Virus record (IMG/VR): IMGVR_UViG_3300021962_000040
Span: 53,754 to 117,753 of that record
Reading direction: 5' to 3' (one strand)
DNA length: 64,000 nucleotides
Source: a virus
Of this stretch, positions 9,802-20,500 are shown piece after piece. Position numbers and translations under genes: made by a program. Every line of letters begins with the position of its first letter. Position 1 is the first letter of the stretch. The notes beneath the pieces were generated by a model. It did not search any database. It was not told the DNA's origin and saw nothing but the letters and a program-made list of their open reading frames with translations.

Positions 9802-11805
9802 ATGGGAATGAGATATTTAAATCAAAAAAGTTTAAAGTATATGCAAGATGGTGGAGCTGCTGCACCAGCACAAGAGGTATCTCTTTCCCAGCAAGTTGCA
9901 TCTATGTTGCAATCTGGTGCAGATCCTAGAAGTGTTGCTCAACAACTATTGTCAAGTGGTGTAGATGAAGCGGACATTAAAGAGATCTTTATGGATCTTG
10001 GAATGGCTCCTAGTGATGTTGATGCTTTATTTCAATCAGAAGAAGAAGTTCAACAAGAGTTAGATCAAGCATTGGCTGAAGCTCAAGCTGAAGAATCAGC
10101 AGCAGAACCAGCTGATCAACCTGAACCTGCAGATACTGAAGTGGAATTTGGTGCATTTGGTAATTCAATGCCAGAGGCTCAGTTTGGTTTAGAGACACCG
10201 TTGGCACCAACAATAAATCAATACTTTGGTGGTATTGCTAGACAAAAGGGTGATGACTATGTTAAAAATCCAATGGCTAATTATTTGCCAATGGATCTTG
10301 GTACAAAAGGTAATCCTGTTGGTGCAGCCTTTTTATTAGCTGAAGGATATACAGATTTATTTGGAGGAAAGACTGATCCAAACACTGGATTAAAAGAAGG
10401 TTTCTTTAGAGATGTTGATGTAAAAAAAGCAAGACAAAAAGCAGCCGTACCTTCATACTATGATTATAAAGTAACTACTGCTGCAGGTGATGATAAGGAA
10501 TATGTCACAGATAAATTGGATTTATATAATGCTGCAAAGAATGACGGTAGTCTAAGAACTAAACAGCAATATGCAAAAGATGTAGCTGCAAATTCACAAG
10601 TTGATTTTAACCCTAAGACTGGTCAATATGAGGGAGTGTTTTCAAGTAGAGCTATTGATAAAAGTCTATTAGGAAAACAACAGCAAGAAGATTTAAATAA
10701 ATTTTTGGAAAAAAGTGTCTCTGTTAAAGATTTAAATGATAGATTTGACCCAGAAACTGTTAAGATGATTACCCAGTCTCAAAAAGAAGGGATGGGATCT
10801 TTAGGTATAAATGCAATGGGTCAGGCCTCATCTTATAAAGATGTAGAAGCAAACCCATATTTATATGAAACAATGATGGGTGTAAATACATTACAAAGTA
10901 AAGGCACAACCCCTACACTTCCTGGTATGGAACAACCTAAAGGTTTACCCAATTACAGTTGGATGAACTCCGGAATTGTTCCTACTACATCTCCTGTATT
11001 AACAAATACAGCAGGTCCCAGAGCAGATCAACAAGCTCCTATGAGTTTTCAAGATTGGACTCTACAAGATCCTGTAAGACGTATGACACCAGATGCTCAA
11101 GCTCAATATAATTTATACATACAGTCTTTACCTAAACAAAAAGATGGTGGAGATATCAAATTACCTAAAGCTCAATTTGGTCCACCCGATTGGATGATGG
11201 GTAGTTTATTTACTACACCAACTGTGGTTAATGATCCTCAAGGTTTAAATAATTATTTTAGCAGCATGGGGCAAACTAATTATGCACAAGATACACAAGC
11301 TGTAGCTGATGCACAATTACAACAAAGACAGCCAGAGTTAGGTCCAACACCTCAGCAACAAGCAGCTCAAAATTTCTTTAAAGAAGGTGAACCTGTCTTT
11401 ACTGGTAAACCCATTCCTCCAGGAGCTCCTAAAGTGGAGATTACAAATAAACTTGCAGGAGATATAAATAGAGTTATGGATAGTAGAGCTATGCAAGGTT
11501 TTGGTAAAGTAAGTAACTTTGCTGTAAATGCTGCCGGCTTTGTTAATGAAATGTATAAAAACAAAAAAGCTAGAGAAGCGGAAGCAAGACTTTATGAAAT
11601 GAGTCAAGCTGATAATGCCTTTGGTTATTTTGAAGATCCTGTAAATAAGCAAGGAACCTGGGATACTAACACAGGTCTTGCTGAACAAGATAACCGTGTT
11701 GAATATATGAGAGCTCAACAAGGTGGAGAGATTGGTGAAATTGATTTAGATCCTGATACAATAGCAAGGCTTATTGCGGCTGGTGCTAACATCCAAATAT
11801 TATAA
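9802..11805 (+). CDS. Virion cargo/ejection protein
   Basis: 667 aa, rich in Q/A/P. Lies between the muzzle and RNAP genes. Contains MQDGG, KDGG and AQQGG motifs. Confidence 0.55.
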   Translation: MGMRYLNQKSLKYMQDGGAAAPAQEVSLSQQVASMLQSGADPRSVAQQLLSSGVDEADIKEIFMDLGMAPSDVDALFQSEEEVQQELDQALAEAQAEESAAEPADQPEPADTEVEFGAFGNSMPEAQFGLETPLAPTINQYFGGIARQKGDDYVKNPMANYLPMDLGTKGNPVGAAFLLAEGYTDLFGGKTDPNTGLKEGFFRDVDVKKARQKAAVPSYYDYKVTTAAGDDKEYVTDKLDLYNAAKNDGSLRTKQQYAKDVAANSQVDFNPKTGQYEGVFSSRAIDKSLLGKQQQEDLNKFLEKSVSVKDLNDRFDPETVKMITQSQKEGMGSLGINAMGQASSYKDVEANPYLYETMMGVNTLQSKGTTPTLPGMEQPKGLPNYSWMNSGIVPTTSPVLTNTAGPRADQQAPMSFQDWTLQDPVRRMTPDAQAQYNLYIQSLPKQKDGGDIKLPKAQFGPPDWMMGSLFTTPTVVNDPQGLNNYFSSMGQTNYAQDTQAVADAQLQQRQPELGPTPQQQAAQNFFKEGEPVFTGKPIPPGAPKVEITNKLAGDINRVMDSRAMQGFGKVSNFAVNAAGFVNEMYKNKKAREAEARLYEMSQADNAFGYFEDPVNKQGTWDTNTGLAEQDNRVEYMRAQQGGEIGEIDLDPDTIARLIAAGANIQIL

Positions 11806-11807
11806 AA

Positions 11808-14318
11808 ATGGCAAAAGTAAAAATTAATAGTTTACCTCCAGGCTTTACTATCAAAGATGGTAAAGTTATTACATCTATGCAACAAGGTGGTACTACAACT
11901 GGTGATCAATTTGACTTTGGTTTGACTACAACAGTTAAATCTGCTGACAGAGATAATGACACTAAAGATATAAGTATAAAATATACTTTGAACGCTGTCC
12001 CTAGGGAAGAAGCTAATATTGAAGCAGAAGGTGGAGAAACAGTCCTAACTGATTTGGATAATGATGGTTTGTTTGGTCTTTATGAAATTAAAGGACCAAG
12101 ACACACAAGTGGTGGTGTTCCTTTAAATCTACCAGAACAATCTTTTATCTTCTCAGATACAAAGGATATGAAACTGGGAGGTAAGGATCTTGAAGAGTTT
12201 GGAATTAAGAGTAAAAGAAAACTTAGCCCTGCAAAGATCTCAAAGAAGTATGATCTTAATACATATTATGGTTCTTACAAAGACCAATTTGCAGATGATA
12301 TTTCTATAAAGAGTGCTGAGTTAATGATGGACAAGAATAAACAAGCTTTGTCCAAGTTAGCTTTTGTACAAGAATCTAAGAAGGATTTTAAAGAGGGTGT
12401 TCCTGTAGCATCTCATGGCTACTTAGTTTCACAAGGTATTGATCCAATTGACTTTACAGCTAAAGTAGAAAAGATTTCTGCAGAGAAAGCAGCTAAGAAA
12501 GCAATTGATGCACTGCCTGAAGAGAAAAGACAACAGGTTCTTGCATTACAACAAATGATGCAACAAGCTGAAAGCTCTGAACAACAAATGGTTCAAGAAC
12601 CATCTCCTGAACAAATGGTTATGGAGACTGGTAAGTATGGTAAAGAATTAAGAAAAGCTGCACCAGGATTTGAAATGGGTAGTATTCCTAGTGGATCACC
12701 TTATGTATATGGTGCTGGTTTAGATATTACAGATCCAGATAATCCTGATGCATTAACATCTTATACAGCAGCACCCTATACCAACACTTTAACTCCAGAT
12801 CCAGGTGATGGTGATAAACCTAAACCAAAGGCTAATGCAAATGATGGCAGAGGTCCTAAAAAGAATGTTGCCGTTGATCAAGGTAGAGTTAACAGATATA
12901 ATAATATTGGAGTTCAAATGGACTTCAGCAATGTTGGTGAAACAAAGTATGTTGACTTACAACCATCAGAACAAAAGGCTGGTAGATATGGAGATGCAAC
13001 TCAGAATGAAGCTGGGTGGGTATCATCATGGAAAGGTATATATCCTGAATCAGATCAATTAATTCTTTCATTAGATGCTTATAAAGCAAAACCTGCAAAT
13101 TATAAAAATCCAGAAGTTGTTAAGTTTCAGAAATGGACTTATGATGAATACATTCCTGCTGAGGTAGAAAGAATTAACCAAAAAAGAGTTGAGGCCGGTT
13201 ATGCTCCATTAAATGAGCAGCAGACTAAAGACCTTACAGAAGATCTTAGAAATGATTTTGGTTTTGATGAAAAGCAAACAGGTAAAGGATATGATGGTAA
13301 GTTTGGTACATTTACGTCATCACGTAGACCATTTACCTATCAGATTAAACCTAATGAAATACCACCTCCACAAGGTTGTCCTTGTCCTGATGGAACGTTT
13401 TCACAAGCCTGCTGTCCACCTAAAGAACCACCTAAAGTTCCGCCTGTAGCTCCTCCTTCTAAAAGACCTGGAGCAGAATGGTGGTTACAAGATTTAATTC
13501 AATTAAATGCAATTGCAAATAGAGAAAGAGATATGTTCTTTCCTTTCCAACCTGCTGTTGCAAATGTTGATTTAGGATATGTATTGGAAGAACCTACTAG
13601 AGCTATTGCAGCAACTAATGAAAGACTTGGTTTACAAACTCAAGCAGCTGCTAGTTTTGGTGGACCTCAAGCTCTTGCAGCTAGAACTGCACAAGCACAA
13701 GGTCAGGCTGCTGCTGAAATTGCAAATGAGGTTGCAAGAGTAAACCAAAGAAACGTTAGTACTATTAACAATGGTTTGGCTATGCAAGCTCAAATGGATA
13801 TGCAGCTTGGTAGAGAAAGAAGAGATAGAACTGTTAAAGAGTATGATGATACTCAAGCTGTTCTTCAAAGATACATGGATGAAAAGAACTATGATAGAGA
13901 GCAATATGCAATGTCTTTATCTAATGCTGTTACCAATAGGGCTAACACATATAACTTAAATTCAATTCAAGATTATTTTCAAATTGATCCTACTACAGGT
14001 GGTATGCTTGGACAATTCTCAGGTAAGGCTTTTGAAGCTGTTGCACTTCCGGATCCTAATAGAAATATTAGGGATTATGCTGAGACAGCTAGAATGCTTA
14101 AGGCTGCCGGAATTGAGCCAACAGCGGAGTTAGTTCAAGGTGCAATGGGGCAACCTGTAGCTACAGCACAAGAGACAAATGCTCAAAGAGCTTTTAGATC
14201 ATTGCCTCCAGGATTCGGTTATGCTTATAATCCAGGAATGTATCAACAAGGTAAAGGTAAAAAGGGTAAGGAAATCAAACCTGCATTGCCTTTCTTCATG
14301 GGTAAGATTGGTGAATAA
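11808..14318 (+). CDS. Virion cargo/ejection protein (crAss-like)
   Basis: 836 aa. ANIEAEGGETV...GPRHTSGGVPLNLP motif is recalled from crAss-like cargo proteins. Ala/Gln-rich helical C-terminus. Confidence 0.6.
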   Translation: MAKVKINSLPPGFTIKDGKVITSMQQGGTTTGDQFDFGLTTTVKSADRDNDTKDISIKYTLNAVPREEANIEAEGGETVLTDLDNDGLFGLYEIKGPRHTSGGVPLNLPEQSFIFSDTKDMKLGGKDLEEFGIKSKRKLSPAKISKKYDLNTYYGSYKDQFADDISIKSAELMMDKNKQALSKLAFVQESKKDFKEGVPVASHGYLVSQGIDPIDFTAKVEKISAEKAAKKAIDALPEEKRQQVLALQQMMQQAESSEQQMVQEPSPEQMVMETGKYGKELRKAAPGFEMGSIPSGSPYVYGAGLDITDPDNPDALTSYTAAPYTNTLTPDPGDGDKPKPKANANDGRGPKKNVAVDQGRVNRYNNIGVQMDFSNVGETKYVDLQPSEQKAGRYGDATQNEAGWVSSWKGIYPESDQLILSLDAYKAKPANYKNPEVVKFQKWTYDEYIPAEVERINQKRVEAGYAPLNEQQTKDLTEDLRNDFGFDEKQTGKGYDGKFGTFTSSRRPFTYQIKPNEIPPPQGCPCPDGTFSQACCPPKEPPKVPPVAPPSKRPGAEWWLQDLIQLNAIANRERDMFFPFQPAVANVDLGYVLEEPTRAIAATNERLGLQTQAAASFGGPQALAARTAQAQGQAAAEIANEVARVNQRNVSTINNGLAMQAQMDMQLGRERRDRTVKEYDDTQAVLQRYMDEKNYDREQYAMSLSNAVTNRANTYNLNSIQDYFQIDPTTGGMLGQFSGKAFEAVALPDPNRNIRDYAETARMLKAAGIEPTAELVQGAMGQPVATAQETNAQRAFRSLPPGFGYAYNPGMYQQGKGKKGKEIKPALPFFMGKIGE

Positions 14319-14377
14319 ACCACAAAAGTTTAATAAATAAGTTTTTAAAACTTAGAAAATTTTAGTAATTTAGAGAT

Positions 14378-17300
14378 ATGGCAACATACACACAAGGATA
14401 CCAACCATACATGCCGGATTGGCAACCCTTTACGCCAGACTACAAATTCCTGTCTGATATATTAGAGGTTAAGACTAACAGGTATAATACAAACTATAAA
14501 GCATTAAATGATCTTTATAGCAAGGTTGTATATTCAGATCTTTCTAGAAAAGACACCCAGGATATGAGAAACCAATATGCTGAGACTTTGGGTAAGCAAT
14601 TGGAAATAGTTTCTGGAATGGATTTATCAGTAGCACAAAACGTTGATTCAGCAAAACAATTATTTAAACCTTTCTTTGAAGAGGATATAATTGTAAAAGA
14701 TCTGGTTGTTACAAAACAATATCAGAATGAAATGCAATATGCTAGTATGTTGATGAACTCTCCTGATAAAGATCAGAGAGAGATGTACTGGCAGACTGGT
14801 GTTAAAGCATTAGAATATCAGATGGAAGACTTTAAAAATGCTTCTGCTGATAAAGCATTAACTATGGGTGCACCCCGCTATACTCCAGATGCTGATTTGA
14901 ATGAAAAGGCAATTGAGTATTTAAAAAAGCAAGGTCTTGATGTTACTCAAGAATATGTTGATGAAACTGGTTATTGGATTGTAAAAGATAGAAATGGAAA
15001 CTTAGTTACTCAACAAGCTTATGTGATGGCACAGAAAGCATTGAGTGATGATCCAATGGTTCAACAAGCTTACTATACAGATGCTTATGTAAAGTCTAGA
15101 GACTTTGCAAAGTCTGGTATTGATGCCGGTCAGTTTAGATCTGTTGATGAAGGTCAAGCTGCTTGGGCAAAAGAAACTATTTCTAGAGTTGAAGCTCAAA
15201 TTGCTGCTAGATCAATCAAGCAGAAGGATAAAGTTGAAGAACTAAAGAATGCAAATATCAACTGGGATGAGTATGTAAAACAGTCTGGTATTATTCCAGG
15301 ATCTGATGAAGATAAAGAATATGTAACTCAGAAAAGATCTTATGATGCGGCTTTATCTGGATTACAACTTACAGAAGAAACATTAAAGAATTCACAAGGT
15401 AGTCCTGATCAAAGTACTCAAGGTTTATTGAATAGAGCTTATAACCTTATCATGGGTTATAATATGCAGAATGATTTAAGTGCAGCTGCTGTTGCATTTT
15501 CTAATATCAATAAAAGCAGAGAGCTTAAAGTTAATGAGTATAAAAAACAACAACTTCAATTTCAGCATGACTTTTCTAAAATGGCGGCTGAGTATCAATA
15601 TGATGTTGCATTAGAAGGTCTTAAACAACAAAATAGAGTTGAGCTTGAAAAAGTAAAACAAAAACTTGCAGATCCTTTTGGTGCAATGATTTCAGATATT
15701 CTTTCTGGAGGTGGTGCAAATTATGGACAATTAGGTACTGAAGAAGTTATGACAGATCCTGAAACAGGTAAACCTCTTGATCCAAAAGATGCTGACTACG
15801 TAAAGATTATTAATGGTAAGTATAATAATTTAAGAGCTGATGTTGTAGAAGATCAAGTTAATCTTGCTTTGAATGCATTAGAAAAGATTGAACCTAATGC
15901 AAATAACTATTATAAAGTTAATGAGCAGATTAAAGGTGACCTTCCTACTATTAAAAGAGAATTATTAAAACCTGAGAATGCAGGAATAGCTGATAAGTTC
16001 TATAAGGATATTGCTAACAAGTTTAGAGATTCTGAACAACTTATGGCACAAAATCCAAACTTTGTAAAAAGAAACGGAGGAGCTGACTATCAAGATTTAA
16101 ATTCTCAATTTGAAAAGACAACAGCTAAAAGAATGCAGTTTGATGCTGCAGTAACTCAAGGTAACCAGATCTACTATGATAACTTTATGAAAGTTGTTAC
16201 ATCAGAATTAGGTGACCAAGCTAAGTATGTTAAAAAAGAATTTGAGAATGGAGCACCTAAGATTTTTAAGAATAATCAAGGTGGTCAAATTGATTTAAAA
16301 TCAGAGTCTGAGTTTATTGCTGATTATGTTGCTGCAGCTAAAGCAAAGCAAATTAAAAAAGGTGATGGTGGAAAAGGTGGTCATATAGGCTGGTCTTATG
16401 ATACTCCTGAAAGATCCGATAGATATACAGCAGGAATGATTATAGGAGGTCTTGCACCAAGTCCTCAGTATTTAACTGAACGGGCTCAATCAAGACCTAC
16501 AACAGGAGGTTGGAGATTCAATGAAAATGCAGCAAAGTCTGAAGCAGCTGCTGCATACAGTAGACAAAAGCAATTAATCAATGGAACATTAAACGGTACT
16601 CTTGAAACTATTGCTGAACAAGATGGTAAAAAGATAGATGCAAAAGTAAGAATGTTCCAACCTTGGGATCCTTATCAATATATGAGAGGTAAATCTTTAC
16701 AGGAAATGGAAACTGGAGATGCTTTGAAAAATCCTTTTTATGTTACTCAGGTTGACCCTGTAAGCATGAGAAAAGATATTGGTCAGGTTCAAGCTTTAGC
16801 TGATGTTGTTAAACAAGTAAATCAAACACCGTCTCAAGATTTAATTTTTCACCAAGGTGATATTGGTAAAATAGAGGGTGTTGAAATGAATGTACCAGAT
16901 CCTAAAGCAAGAAAAATTTATGATCTTTGGCTGCAAGACATGGCCCGCTTTAGAGATCCTAAAGCTTCTAAGACAAATATACCAAGTGTTACAATTGGTT
17001 ATGCTCCAGCTTATGGACCACCTGATCAATTAGCAAAAGATAAAGCAGCTTATGTAATGACATTTAATACAGCTTGGTTAAAAAGTCTTCAAGGTACTTC
17101 TGATAAGCCAGGTGCTATTGGATTAAAAGATGTTGAAGATTATCAGCAGATTACAATATCATTTCCTCAAACTGCAGATATGAACCCTAAAAAAGCTGGT
17201 GAATATAATTTCTCTGCTACTGTAAATGAAGTTACTTATAGTCCTAACAAACAAGTAGTTCATAATATTCAAGGTGGTGGAAAATTTAGAGTTTATCCAG

Positions 17301-17536
17301 ATGCAAATAGCAATTTTATTGGAGAATTCATATCTTTACAATATAATCCACAATCAGGTAATTTTGATACAATGCCGGCTGAGAGAGTAAACCTAACTCA
17401 GATGATGCAAGAAAGAAATGAAACAGTTGGATATATTGATAACTTGGTAACTAATTATGTTGGAACATTGTATCAAATTGCACAACAGAATAATAGAGAC
17501 CAAGCAAATACTAAGAAAACCAAAGCTAAAAAATAA
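14378..17536 (+). CDS. Large ejected protein upstream of the virion RNAP
   Basis: 1052 aa, coiled-coil rich. First of three giant genes typical of the crAss-like RNAP/ejection module. Confidence 0.6.
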   Translation: MATYTQGYQPYMPDWQPFTPDYKFLSDILEVKTNRYNTNYKALNDLYSKVVYSDLSRKDTQDMRNQYAETLGKQLEIVSGMDLSVAQNVDSAKQLFKPFFEEDIIVKDLVVTKQYQNEMQYASMLMNSPDKDQREMYWQTGVKALEYQMEDFKNASADKALTMGAPRYTPDADLNEKAIEYLKKQGLDVTQEYVDETGYWIVKDRNGNLVTQQAYVMAQKALSDDPMVQQAYYTDAYVKSRDFAKSGIDAGQFRSVDEGQAAWAKETISRVEAQIAARSIKQKDKVEELKNANINWDEYVKQSGIIPGSDEDKEYVTQKRSYDAALSGLQLTEETLKNSQGSPDQSTQGLLNRAYNLIMGYNMQNDLSAAAVAFSNINKSRELKVNEYKKQQLQFQHDFSKMAAEYQYDVALEGLKQQNRVELEKVKQKLADPFGAMISDILSGGGANYGQLGTEEVMTDPETGKPLDPKDADYVKIINGKYNNLRADVVEDQVNLALNALEKIEPNANNYYKVNEQIKGDLPTIKRELLKPENAGIADKFYKDIANKFRDSEQLMAQNPNFVKRNGGADYQDLNSQFEKTTAKRMQFDAAVTQGNQIYYDNFMKVVTSELGDQAKYVKKEFENGAPKIFKNNQGGQIDLKSESEFIADYVAAAKAKQIKKGDGGKGGHIGWSYDTPERSDRYTAGMIIGGLAPSPQYLTERAQSRPTTGGWRFNENAAKSEAAAAYSRQKQLINGTLNGTLETIAEQDGKKIDAKVRMFQPWDPYQYMRGKSLQEMETGDALKNPFYVTQVDPVSMRKDIGQVQALADVVKQVNQTPSQDLIFHQGDIGKIEGVEMNVPDPKARKIYDLWLQDMARFRDPKASKTNIPSVTIGYAPAYGPPDQLAKDKAAYVMTFNTAWLKSLQGTSDKPGAIGLKDVEDYQQITISFPQTADMNPKKAGEYNFSATVNEVTYSPNKQVVHNIQGGGKFRVYPDANSNFIGEFISLQYNPQSGNFDTMPAERVNLTQMMQERNETVGYIDNLVTNYVGTLYQIAQQNNRDQANTKKTKAKK

Positions 17537-17551
17537 GTTATACCAATTATA

Positions 17552-20500
17552 ATGGCTGATAATATTACTCAACAACTAGAGCAAAATGGGGCTTTACCAA
17601 GTGCGGAGCCTATGATTCCTTCAAGCGGTAGATTTGATTATCAACCGGTTGCTGATTTATTGTTACCTCCCAACACTCCTGAGTTTACGGAGCTGATGAC
17701 CCCGGAGTATAAAGCAATGCTTGAAAGGCACGCAAGTCAAATTAATAGTTTTGCTCCTGCTGCTATTGGTAATTTAAATGACCCTAATCCAACATTAGCT
17801 ACAGATACCCTTAATCCTTTTAGACAAAAGGTTGGTTTAGATTTATCTACACCTGAAGGTAAGATGCAGTTGTTTAGAAATGCTGGAATGAGTGCTAAAC
17901 CTACAGGTGAAGTAAAAATTGCAGATCCTTTATATGCTGGTATTAGATCACATAACTTTGATAGATACTATAAGCATGCTGAGTTTTCTAATTTAGGTTG
18001 GCATCCTTATGCAAATAATGAGGAGACTTACAATGCAAACTCTTCTTGGTGGGATGATGCTGGCCGTATGATGGGTCAGTTTACAGGTTTAGCAGGTACA
18101 GGTTTTGTTTCAGCTTATAGATCTATTGGTGATTTATTTGATGATGATGATTATTTTACAGGAACTGATTTAACATCAGCTTCTGAATTTGCTGATGCAA
18201 TGCGTATTGGTAATTCTACAAGAGGTGGTTTTGGTGGTGGACTCAATAATTTATTATTACAGTCTGGTTATACAATGGGTGTAATTGGATCTATTGCTGT
18301 AGAAGAACTTGCCTTATGGGGAGCTGCTGCTGCACAAGGTGGTCTGAACCCTGTATCAGATGCGGCTGCTGTAAGCAGAACTGGTTGGAACATTGCTAGA
18401 CTTGGTAAGACAATTGCTAATACATTTGATTTAAGTAGACTTACCAATGCAACTAGAAATATGTATAGAGGACTTAGATCTGTTGATTCAGCTAAGGATG
18501 TATATACAGGATTTAAAGCAGGCGGAAGATTTTTGGCAGATGTTATTGCTCCAGAAACTGCACAAGCAATTAGAAGTTTAACTAGTACAGCTAATGGTGC
18601 TCAGAACTTGAGCAATATGGCTAAGGTTGCTAAAACCTTTGGAGGCTTTTATAGAGATTTGAGATCTTTGAATTTGGCACTTGCTGAATCTAAGATGGAA
18701 GGTGGTATGGTTTATCAACAACAGTTGGCAAATGGTTATGCACTTAAAACTCAAATGAATAATGGACAGCCTTTAGATGAAGCTCAAATGAACGATGTTG
18801 TTGAAAAAGCATCAAGAGCTGCTTACTATACTACATTATTGAATGCTCCAACTATTTATCTTTCTAACCAACTTGTATTAGGTAATGCATTTGGTGCATA
18901 CAATAGAACTTTATCAAGAGTACTTCAAGATAATGTTGAAGGTCTTGGTAGAAGAGTTATTAAAACACAAGGAACTAGAGTAGCCGGTAAAATGGCAACT
19001 AGACCTTTTGCTGATGCAGGAACGGGTGTTGTTGGATATTTGAATAGAATGAAAGCTGCTGGTGTAACTGGTAGTGCAAAGATGGCTGCACAAGCTTCTT
19101 TAAGATACTTTTCAGCAAACTTATCTGAAGGTCTTCAGGAAGTTGCACAGGAAGCTATTGCTGTTGGTACTAAAGGATATCACCAAGCATTATTAGAAGA
19201 TCCAGCTTCAGGAGGTAGAGACTTATTAATGGGTACAATTTCTTCAGCTGTTGGTTCTCAGTTTAGTGCTCAAGGTTTTGAAACCTTTATGTCTGGATTT
19301 ATGATGGGAGGTATTGTACAAGGACCTCAAAAATTATTCTTCCAAGGTGTACCTACTTTGTATCAAAAGACTTTTGAGAAAACAAAGTATGAAGAGTACA
19401 GAAAGAATAAGCAAGAATTTATTGATGGATTAGTTAAATCAATGAATGATACATATGAGGTTACTGCAAATAACCCAATGGAATCAATCTTTGATACCAA
19501 CAAAACAAACTTAGTTACACAAAAGCAAGCCTCTGTAGATATGATGCAAGCTGCTTTTGACCAATCTAATTTTGATTTTGTGGATGCAAAAGACTTTTCT
19601 AAGTTCCAAGCAATCTACACAGTACTTGCAAATGATAAAGGTGGTGAATTCAAATCTCAATTTGAAGACTACCTTAAAATGACAGATCAAGAATTAGCAG
19701 AAGCTTTCCCTACAGCAAAATCTGAGGTTAAGTCAGGTAAGCTAAGACAGAGAATGCAAGATATGATTAGCAAGATTGATGAACTTGAAGAATCATATTA
19801 TGTAAATAAATCTAAATTCAACAATCCTTTTGATGCTTCTATCTATAAGTTTGGATCAAGAGAATGGAATGAAGAGAAGATCAAACAAATGTCTTTTGAA
19901 CATGCAAGATATCTTTACATGTTTACTGAAGATGGTTTCAAAAGAGCTGTTGAAAGATCACAAAAAATTTATGATGAACTAGCTGCTGATCCTATTGTAG
20001 GTAAAATGGCAGCAAGTGATATCACCGTATTACTTGATGAGAACAGTCTTCAAAAAGAAATTGCAACATTACTTGCTGAGATTGGAACTTTAGATGCAAA
20101 AGAAAATAAAGATCTAATTGATTCAAAGACTGCAAAGCTTGAAGGTCTTAACGGCATCCTTTCTGTATTATATGCAGAAGAGAATATTACCAAGGATGGT
20201 GCTTTTGACAGACGTAAAGTAGGTAAGTTAAGAGGAGCATTTGAAAAGTATGTACAGAAACTTGCAAAGAGCAATGATTCTTTCAGTGATCCTGATAAAG
20301 TTTCTGAGGCATTAAAGAAGATTGTAGACTACCGTGAATTAAAAGGTAGAGCTATTGCTTATAATAAGTCTATTGAGTACATGAACAACCCTGAAAGATT
20401 TGATGAAATCCGTAAGAGAAGTTATGACTTCATGAAAAATATCTACAAGAATAGAGCAGAGGTTTTCAGAAAATCAGTAAAGAGTTATGTTGGCAAGATT

